Origin: Parcubacteria group bacterium GW2011_GWA2_48_9
Lineage (GTDB): Bacteria; Patescibacteriota; Patescibacteriia; UBA10025
Direction of reading: 5' to 3'
NCBI GenBank assembly: GCA_001003705.1
Contig: LCPQ01000019.1
Coordinates: 3,268 to 67,267 of the forward strand
Length of the DNA: 64,000 nucleotides
Within the stretch, counting starts at the first letter, position 1. Each line of letters starts with the position of its first letter. The notes under the pieces were generated by a model that saw only the letters and a program-made list of their open reading frames with translations, did not search any database and had not been told where the DNA came from. Of this stretch, positions 19,176-26,605 are shown piece after piece. The position numbers were made by a program, and so were the translations under genes.

Positions 19176-19235
19176 ACCGACAACTAGCTCATTACTAGAT
19201 ATTAGTTACTAGTGACTAAGTTACTTTGAAAGGGG

Positions 19236-19829
19236 GTGATATATATGCGTAAATTACTTATTCTGATCATTGCTACGTTCGTCGTATTCGGCTTTTCCGC
19301 GACCGCTCAGGCCTTCGAGTACAAGTCGATGATGCGAATGAATGGCGTCGCGGCATTTGCAGATTGGTATTCTGAAGATGAAGGAACTTCTATCTACTCA
19401 TACCTGCAGGTCGTTGAGACCAAGTCAGGTACTGATGTGATGTTCTTCACATGCACCGAATGGGTGGAGGGCGATGAGAACTTCTCGTCATGCAAAGACG
19501 GTTATCTGTTTACTACGGACGACGTCTTCTCAGTTGATAAGAAGTTAAACACAGCCACCCTCTCAGTGGCTGACCTTGAACTCTGGGACTGGAATGCCGG
19601 GACGTTTGAATTCGTGACGCTCGAAGCAGTGTGGAACGGTACTGGGGATCTCATGAAGGGAAGCTTTAAAGTAGTTGACAAATTCGACAACGTCACACAG
19701 AAGTTCAGCGACCGCTCAACGATGCGTGACGCTATGGCAAATGCTGAAGTAGGCGGAATGGATCTCGGCGACAGCGTGTATGGCGGCATCGCCCAGTTCC
19801 GCGACATGGAGATATTCATGGTGAAATAG
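19236..19829 (+). CDS. hypothetical secreted protein
   Basis: Cleavable signal peptide (…FSATAQA/FE); no domain recognised. Confidence 0.5.
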   Translation: MIYMRKLLILIIATFVVFGFSATAQAFEYKSMMRMNGVAAFADWYSEDEGTSIYSYLQVVETKSGTDVMFFTCTEWVEGDENFSSCKDGYLFTTDDVFSVDKKLNTATLSVADLELWDWNAGTFEFVTLEAVWNGTGDLMKGSFKVVDKFDNVTQKFSDRSTMRDAMANAEVGGMDLGDSVYGGIAQFRDMEIFMVK

Positions 19830-19851
19830 TGAACATCAATTGCAAACAAAG

Positions 19852-19878
19852 ACGGGGATGAACACTCCCCGTTTTTGT
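19852..19878 (+). terminator. rho-independent terminator (ACGGGGA-loop-TCCCCGT + TTTTT)
   Basis: Seen directly after the 19829 stop. Confidence 0.6.
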
Positions 19879-19937
19879 TACTAAAAGACAAAGGCGTCCC
19901 GAGAGTGGGGCGCCTGTCCGAAAACTGGAAGACGATG

Positions 19938-20276
19938 TCAGGCAGTTGCCGGCTGAACGGTGATTGACCGTGCGTTGAGATGTGGCCCAGCTCCTGTGTG
20001 CCACGTCTGTTGGGTTGCTCTACGTTCAAGCACAAGCGGAGATCCCTCAATGGTGAGAAACTCCTCTTGGCCCGTCTCGAGTCGGCTGAAACCGACTGCG
20101 ACTTCAACTACTCCCGTAAACGTGCTTCCATCGACGTTCACGATGACTCTGTCTCCCTTCTGAAAAGGGCACATAGGTACTCCTTCACTTTGGGTGTTTG
20201 TCTCGGTTAGTTCAATCGTAGTAGAGCGGGTCGGGTTCGTCAACGGTGGTATCGCCACTGCCCCAGATTCACGCAA
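19938..20276 (-). CDS. hypothetical small protein (possibly starting at the internal Met, about 78 aa)
   Basis: Convergent with the upstream gene in a locally GC-rich stretch. Contains a KGDRVIVNVDGSTFTGVV beta-rich motif. No homology recognised. Confidence 0.25.
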   Translation of the reverse strand: MRESGAVAIPPLTNPTRSTTIELTETNTQSEGVPMCPFQKGDRVIVNVDGSTFTGVVEVAVGFSRLETGQEEFLTIEGSPLVLERRATQQTWHTGAGPHLNARSITVQPATA

Positions 20277-20402
20277 TGTTCAGGTGGGAACCCCTTTTCT
20301 CATTGTGAATGATAAGTTCCCAGAAAGGTGTATCTATGCTATTCTCCATCCATAACGGTCGAACATTTTGTTTATCAAATAAGTAAGATAGGTCGTACAT
20401 AT

Positions 20403-20657
20403 ATGAAAATGAACATCCTCGATTGGATTACGTTTATCCTAGTCATTATTGGCGGTTTGAACTGGGGCCTGGTCGGTGCTGCAGACTTTGACTTGGTTGC
20501 AGAAATCTTTGGCGCTGATTCAAGCATTGCCATGGTTATCTACATCCTCGTCGGCATATCAGCACTCTACATGTTGGTCATGATGGCGATGAAGAGCAAA
20601 GGCGGAATGGAAATGAAGAAAGAGGCGCCGCCACAGCAGGGATCGCAAATGAACTAG
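20403..20657 (+). CDS. DUF378 family membrane protein
   Basis: ILVIIGGLNWGLVGAADFDLVAEIFG...IYILVGISALY matches DUF378. Start moved to MKMNILD. Confidence 0.65.
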   Translation: MKMNILDWITFILVIIGGLNWGLVGAADFDLVAEIFGADSSIAMVIYILVGISALYMLVMMAMKSKGGMEMKKEAPPQQGSQMN

Positions 20658-20689
20658 TCAGGTTTTTTGAAAAGAATACATTTCAATGG

Positions 20690-20725
20690 CCCCGGCCAAA
20701 ATCAGCCGGGGTTCATTGGTTTTCA
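20690..20725 (+). terminator. terminator-like hairpin (CCCCGGC-loop-GCCGGGG) followed by T-rich tract
   Basis: 7-bp GC stem after the DUF378 gene. Confidence 0.4.
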
Positions 20726-20763
20726 TTTATTACCTCCAAGAGCAGCCCGCGCTCGGTAGTTTA

Positions 20764-21591
20764 TTAAAACTCCACCTGTGTTACTAAGCGTTTGAGCTCG
20801 TTTTCGTCAGCGTTCACAGTCATAATCCGCTTCCATTCGTCATAGTGCACATTGCCGGTTGGGCGGTTGAAGGATTCCTGTGTGTGCGGGAAGCAGCGCT
20901 TCACGATTTTCTGGAAGTCTGTAAACGAGGGTTTCTCAAAAAGTGGGTGCCGTGATTCAAACATCTTAACAATACGAGGGAAATTTTTTTCTCTTGATGA
21001 CAGGTAGAGAGCATAATATTCAGACGGCGAGATCACGGTGCCATAGACAGGATCCTCGATTGGCGTGATAAAACTCGCGTTGCCAGCGTAGATTTCATGC
21101 AAGGCTTCGCCGAACGCGTCCATTTTATCGGCGTACTTCACCACTTGCGATTCGATGGTATTTCCCTCTTGGACTTCATGAAGTAGGTCGCGGTAGTTAA
21201 ACACACCTACAGTTTCAGGGAAACGCTTAACTGTTTCAGCAATAGCGATAAGTTCGCGTTTTGCTACATCATCAAGTTGTTCGCGCGACATGGAGTACTT
21301 GTGGCCGGCCTGGATGTCGCCAAGCACGATTTCAAAATCATCATGAACACAGGCCATTAGTGAAGTTTTTTTTGGGTTGAATACTGGTCCGAAGGAGTTT
21401 TCGGCTATCGGTATCATTTCCTCTACTAGCCAATTCACATGCCGTGAATGGGCAAGTAGATCGGATCGGTAGTACATGGGTTTGTAGATGTAATATCGCG
21501 TGACTTTCCGTAACGCCCGCTCCCTGCCATCGAAATTTTCGAATGTTTTCTGATATGCTACCGTGTTCATAGTGCTTTTGCAGTGTGGCAT
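20764..21591 (-). CDS. HD-domain phosphohydrolase (YfbR-like 5'-nucleotidase family)
   Basis: HSRHVNWLV...CVHDDFEIVLGDI (H...HD...D metal-binding pattern). Confidence 0.65.
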   Translation of the reverse strand: MPHCKSTMNTVAYQKTFENFDGRERALRKVTRYYIYKPMYYRSDLLAHSRHVNWLVEEMIPIAENSFGPVFNPKKTSLMACVHDDFEIVLGDIQAGHKYSMSREQLDDVAKRELIAIAETVKRFPETVGVFNYRDLLHEVQEGNTIESQVVKYADKMDAFGEALHEIYAGNASFITPIEDPVYGTVISPSEYYALYLSSREKNFPRIVKMFESRHPLFEKPSFTDFQKIVKRCFPHTQESFNRPTGNVHYDEWKRIMTVNADENELKRLVTQVEF

Positions 21592-21639
21592 TTATGAGCA
21601 GCGTTTTCAAGGAGGCGTTTTTTCTGTATCATTAACTGT

Positions 21640-22500
21640 ATGAAGAACAAAAATATTCACGTGGCCATTATCGCCGCATTAGTTACAGTAGCTGTCGTGG
21701 TCGTATATTTCATGCAAAACAATCAGCAGGCTGCGGATGATTCGAAGAAGGACCCCTTCATCTCACAGACACTGAACAGATGGAGTGTGACGCCGAAGGG
21801 TTCTATTCTGTTGAGCGGTTTCGACGCTCATGACCCTGATGGCGGTGATATTGCATGGTATGAGTGGAGTATCGTATCAGCACCGCCGGAGCATCAAGAC
21901 CGTTTAGCTGAAACGGTATACGCCGGAAAGGAATACCCCTCCGTTGAAATCCCAGTTACCAGTGATGATGTCGGGCAGTGGACATTTGAACTCACTATCC
22001 GTGACGATGAAGGCGCTCAGGCGATGGCGGGAGCTATTGTTACCGTCAGAGAACGTATTGATGCGATAGTGTCAGCAACATTGGTGCAAAAAGAAACGGC
22101 TGGTGAGGTCCCTCGGGACGAAATGGTAGTAGGAGTGGTAGTGGACGGTGTCGCCGCGGCGTTTCCCCGTTCGGTGATGGGCCACCATGCGATCGCAAAT
22201 GCTCTGATAAGCGGCGAACCGATAGTCGTAATATTTTGTGAATTTTGCCAGACCGGAATTGCCTATAACAGGTTTGTCAGCGGACGGGTTCTCACATTCC
22301 AGACGCTCGGGGGTACGCTCCTCGAAGATGATTATGTTGCGAAGGACTTGGAAACTGACACCACGTGGCGCATCATCGAGGGGAAAGCAACCGAAGGCGA
22401 ACTGGCAGAAATGGAATTGGATTCCATTAATCTCACCTTGGCTACGTGGGAGGGGTGGCTTGCCGAGCATCCCGATACGCTGGTGCTTGTTGACGGGTAA
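21640..22500 (+). CDS. membrane-anchored DUF3179-domain protein
   Basis: N-terminal TM. C-terminal region (VVVDGVAAAFP...IVVIFCEFCQTGIAYNR...TWEGWLAEHPDTLVL) resembles DUF3179. Confidence 0.5.
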   Translation: MKNKNIHVAIIAALVTVAVVVVYFMQNNQQAADDSKKDPFISQTLNRWSVTPKGSILLSGFDAHDPDGGDIAWYEWSIVSAPPEHQDRLAETVYAGKEYPSVEIPVTSDDVGQWTFELTIRDDEGAQAMAGAIVTVRERIDAIVSATLVQKETAGEVPRDEMVVGVVVDGVAAAFPRSVMGHHAIANALISGEPIVVIFCEFCQTGIAYNRFVSGRVLTFQTLGGTLLEDDYVAKDLETDTTWRIIEGKATEGELAEMELDSINLTLATWEGWLAEHPDTLVLVDG

Positions 22501-22569
22501 GGCGGTGCTGGAGTGCAGGGTTGCTGCCACGGTTTTTTTTAGGTATACTGTTTTTTACGTGTAAAAAGT

Positions 22570-23487
22570 ATGGAAAATATCATCGAAGTAAAGGATCTCA
22601 CGAAAAAATACGGCGATTTTACCGCTGTTGACGCTATCTCATTTACTGTTCAACGCGGTGAGACGTTCGGAATTCTAGGGCCCAATGGAGCAGGTAAGAC
22701 GACGACGCTCGAAATGATTGAAGGGCTGAAGTCGATCACTTCCGGAGAAGTGCTGGTTGACGGACATGATGTTCACAAGGATCCCCGTCTAGTGAAATCT
22801 TTAATAGGCGTCCAGCTCCAGTCGTCGTCCTTTTTCGATGGCCTGAACTTAAAAGAGTTGGTGGAAACTTTCGGGGCTCTCTACAGCCGGACCGTTGATG
22901 GAATGAAACTCCTGAAGGACGTTCAGCTGGACGAAAAATGGAAAAGCCAGGTGAAGGAATTATCCGGTGGCCAAAAGCAGCGGTTATCAATCGCTGTTGC
23001 GCTCGTGAATGATCCGAAAATCATCTTTCTCGATGAGCCGACGACAGGCTTGGATCCGCAAGCACGGCGAAATTTATGGGATTTGGTAAACGCAATTAAA
23101 TTGCAAGGGAAGACGGTTGTTTTAACCACCCACTACATGGAAGAAGCAGAGATCTTGTGCGACCGTATCGCCATCATGGACCACGCGAAGATCATCACTA
23201 TGGACAGCCCGATCAATCTTCTCAAACAGAGCGGAGTGGGGTCGCAGGTCGAATTTCACGTCGACCACCATGTCGATGAAGACAGGTTTAAAAACCTTCC
23301 TGGTGTTCAGCACGTGGTCGTCGAGGATCACGGAGTCCGCCTTACCACGAATGATCCGCAGCGCGTATTGACGAGCCTCTTCCAGCTCGAACAGTCTGCA
23401 GGGTTTAAGATTTTTGATATGCAGCTTCACCAGGCCACGCTCGAAGACGTATTTTTGAAATTAACGGGCCGCACACTGCGCGAATGA
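22570..23487 (+). CDS. ABC transporter ATP-binding protein
   Basis: Walker A GPNGAGKTT, signature LSGGQKQR, Walker B IIFLDEPTTGLD. Confidence 0.85.
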   Translation: MENIIEVKDLTKKYGDFTAVDAISFTVQRGETFGILGPNGAGKTTTLEMIEGLKSITSGEVLVDGHDVHKDPRLVKSLIGVQLQSSSFFDGLNLKELVETFGALYSRTVDGMKLLKDVQLDEKWKSQVKELSGGQKQRLSIAVALVNDPKIIFLDEPTTGLDPQARRNLWDLVNAIKLQGKTVVLTTHYMEEAEILCDRIAIMDHAKIITMDSPINLLKQSGVGSQVEFHVDHHVDEDRFKNLPGVQHVVVEDHGVRLTTNDPQRVLTSLFQLEQSAGFKIFDMQLHQATLEDVFLKLTGRTLRE

Positions 23488-24584
23488 CTATGACTACCCG
23501 CGCACTTACCATTTCAGCGATAAAAATGTTTGTCCGCAACCGGCAGGCTATGTTTTTCACGTTATTCATGCCGACTATCATTATGGGCATTTTTGGCCTG
23601 ATCGGACTCGACAAGGTTCCAAAGATCGACGTAGGTGTCGTTCTTTCGAATCCCACAGCCCAAACCCAGCAGTTCGTCGATCAGATGAAAATCATCGAAG
23701 CCTTCGATGTGAAAGTAGGAGCCGAAGCAGATGAACGTGCCGCACTTCAGGAAGGTGACAGATCAATTGTCATGCTACTCCCGGATGACCTTATCCCGGG
23801 TGGGCAGGGGGTTCCGGAGACCAAAATTGTTACTGTTCTTAAAAACGCCGGGAAAGAACAGCAGGCCCAGACAGCCATTTCAGTCGTGACTCAAATTTTA
23901 GACAAGACGACAATCGCTGTTTCACGGGCCCCAGAGCTTTTTAAGCTCAATGTGGAAGATATTAGCGCTCGTAATGTCCGCTACATAGATTTCTTGCTTC
24001 CCGGGATTGTCGCGCTATCAATCATGCAGATGGCCGTCTTCTCAGTCTCATTCGTCTTCGTTGATTACAAGGAAAAAGGTATTCTCAAACGGCTTCTCGC
24101 CACGCCCATGAAGCCATACCAGTTCGTGACTGCAAACGTCATTACCCGCTTGATAGTTGCCGTGGTGCAGTCTGCCATCCTTATCGCTATTGGCATCATT
24201 GCATTCCATACCCATGTTATTGGATCGTATTGGCTTATCCTACCAGTACTGATACTGGGCAGCATCATGTTCCTCGGCCTCGGGTTTACCATTTCCGGCA
24301 TAGCGAAGACTGTCGAAGCCGTCCCTGCTATCGCTAACCTCATCGTGTTTCCGATGTTTTTTCTCGGCGGCACGTTCTTCCCGATGGAATCCATGCCCCA
24401 TTGGCTGCAAAGTGTCGTGCAGTATATGCCGTTGACCCATTTTTCAAATGCCCTTCGTGAGGTAATGGCGAATGGCGCCGGGTGGGCGGCTATCACCACG
24501 GATATTTACTGGATGCTCGGGTGGGCGGCTGTATTGATCGTGCTTGCGAACTTCACATTCGGGTTTGAGGAGAAGAGGGTGTAG
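23484..24584 (+). CDS. ABC-2 type transporter permease
   Basis: 6-TM ABC-2 permease architecture; 4-bp overlap with the ATPase gene. Confidence 0.75.
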   Translation: MTMTTRALTISAIKMFVRNRQAMFFTLFMPTIIMGIFGLIGLDKVPKIDVGVVLSNPTAQTQQFVDQMKIIEAFDVKVGAEADERAALQEGDRSIVMLLPDDLIPGGQGVPETKIVTVLKNAGKEQQAQTAISVVTQILDKTTIAVSRAPELFKLNVEDISARNVRYIDFLLPGIVALSIMQMAVFSVSFVFVDYKEKGILKRLLATPMKPYQFVTANVITRLIVAVVQSAILIAIGIIAFHTHVIGSYWLILPVLILGSIMFLGLGFTISGIAKTVEAVPAIANLIVFPMFFLGGTFFPMESMPHWLQSVVQYMPLTHFSNALREVMANGAGWAAITTDIYWMLGWAAVLIVLANFTFGFEEKRV

Positions 24585-24846
24585 TAGGTAACTAGGTAAT
24601 TAGGAGACTAGTTAGCTGATTGAGAACGGTCGAAGCAGCTTCCTCATGTCATCCTGAATTCATTTCAGGATATCGTTAGTTAGGAGTAGATAGGCATATA
24701 TTCCTAGACAAGTTCGGAATGACAGGAAAAGAAAATTGGCCACTTCCTTTTTATCCTAGCGGGTGATGACCGAATGAGAGAGGGTTGTTCAAGGTGTTGA
24801 CACCTGCTATAGTAAGTAGGAACGATTATCATTAATTAATAGCGTT

Positions 24847-25336
24847 ATGAAACAATTTACGACGCTGACTCTCCCGTACGCCTACGATGCATTGGAGCCA
24901 TACATCGACAAAGAGACAATGACGCTCCACCATGACAAGCATCATGTCACGTACACGACGAAGTTAAATGAAGCGCTGGCGAAGCATCCTGAAATGGAAG
25001 TTGAAACCGTTGAATCGTTGCTGATGGGTCTAGACTTAGTACCGGAAGATATCCGTCCTGCCGTTCGAAACCATGGCGGCGGGCATGTGAACCATGCGAT
25101 GTTCTGGGAAATTATGGGGGGCATGGCTGTCGGTTGACGGTGGTAAGTTAATTGTTGAAAAGACCCCAAACCAGGACACGCCGATTTCGATGGGCCGTAC
25201 GCCGATACTCTGTCTCGATGTCTGGGAGCACGCGTATTATTTGAAGTACCGGAACGTCCGACCTGATTACATCAAGGCATGGTGGAATGTGGTTAACTGG
25301 AAGAACGTCGAGCAGAAGTTCAAGAAAGCAATATAA
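24847..25336 (+). pseudogene. sodA: Fe/Mn superoxide dismutase pseudogene (internal deletion plus frameshift)
   Basis: ORF 24847-25137 is the SOD N-terminal domain ([25 protein letters not shown]...[13 protein letters not shown]). ORF 25094-25336 in another frame is the C-terminal domain ([18 protein letters not shown]...[25 protein letters not shown]). About 40-45 residues between FWEIMGG and GAWLSV are missing. Confidence 0.65.
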
Positions 25337-25388
25337 ACGATCGAACCCCTGGCGACAATCCGGGGGTTTTTAGTTATGATACCCCCAT

Positions 25389-25931
25389 ATGCGCGGCTCA
25401 ACTCACGCCGTTATAGGTGCGAATACGGTTTGGATTCCCATTCTGATGGGCATGGTCATTGAGCCGTGGCTTTTTCTCATCGGCGCGTTCACCGCGCTCC
25501 TTCCCGATCTCGATGCGTCAGAATCTAAGATAAAGCACTTGAAATTCGGCGGATATATTGGAAAAACAAAAGTTACCATCAAACCCTTCATGCCGATCGC
25601 TGTTATTATCTCGGCCATCTTCGGACATCGTGGCGCCCTGCATTCGCTTGTCGCAATCGCAGTTGTTGCTGCGGGGGCGAGTTTCCTGATTCCGCATACA
25701 TCAGTGGCTTTGTGGCTCGTCGCAGTGTTAGGATATACGAGCCACCTACTCGCTGACGCATTGACGAAGTCGGGTATAGAATTCTTTTGGCCGTGGAAGC
25801 AGAACTTTGGCGCTCTTCCGAGATTTTTAAGAGTAAAAACAGGCGGACTTGTTGATACCCTCTTATTGCTTATTGGCAGTGTCAGTGTTCTGTTGTTCTT
25901 GTATCAATATGTTGGTTCCTTCGCGTTATGA
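25389..25931 (+). CDS. membrane-bound metal-dependent hydrolase (DUF457/YdjM family)
   Basis: Conserved His pattern in TM helices (HAVIGA..., GHRGALHSLV, YTSHLLADALT). Confidence 0.6.
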   Translation: MRGSTHAVIGANTVWIPILMGMVIEPWLFLIGAFTALLPDLDASESKIKHLKFGGYIGKTKVTIKPFMPIAVIISAIFGHRGALHSLVAIAVVAAGASFLIPHTSVALWLVAVLGYTSHLLADALTKSGIEFFWPWKQNFGALPRFLRVKTGGLVDTLLLLIGSVSVLLFLYQYVGSFAL

Positions 25932-26116
25932 AAAAAATCTTCATTAGTATCCTTATAGCGGGTATTGCGGGTTTTTTGCTTTGGAAATTTGTTCTTTCCC
26001 TTGAAAAAAATTCTCCGCCCACTTTCGAATCAGCAACACCGTCGATCAATAAAGACAAAACAATCTACGATGATGCCCTCCTTGACTTAGAGGATGCACG
26101 CGAGACATTGAAATAA
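25928..26116 (+). CDS. small hypothetical membrane protein
   Basis: Single TM helix; overlapping start with the upstream gene. Confidence 0.3.
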   Translation: MKKIFISILIAGIAGFLLWKFVLSLEKNSPPTFESATPSINKDKTIYDDALLDLEDARETLK

Positions 26117-26258
26117 AAAATATCAAGAACCCCACTTTCAAAGCATTGTTGACCCCGTTAGGAATTTTTCGAAAAAACTCCCAGTACTATATAAGGTGGT
26201 TTGGTAAAACTAAACTATAATTAGTCAAGATGGGATATCGGTAAAATTTTTAACGGGG

Positions 26259-26287
26259 TTGACAAATGCGTCAAAATACACTATACT
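26259..26287 (+). promoter_or_regulatory. near-consensus sigma70 promoter (TTGACA-17-TATACT)
   Basis: Perfect -35 hexamer, 17-nt spacer, TATACT -10, inside a 490-bp intergenic region. Confidence 0.35.
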
Positions 26288-26605
26288 TAAGGCAGAAAAA
26301 GTAAAAACAAAAATATGAAACGTGTAGTATTGTCAGTTTTTTTTAGATTTGCGCTGCCCGTCATAGTTATCGCCGGCAGCATCTATATTTTCGCTATTCA
26401 GGTAGGCGCGACTACGCCGTAACGAGTCGAGCGTATTCAGACAATAACATACATGTATTTCAGGAACTCTTCTTTTTAAGGGAAGGAGTTTTTTTGTTAT
26501 TCCCAATGATTGTTGAAAGTGGTTACTACCAGCATATCCATCTCTACATAGCACATTTACCACTTATTCCTTTTAAGGTATACTCACTCATATAACTAAA
26601 ACTTT

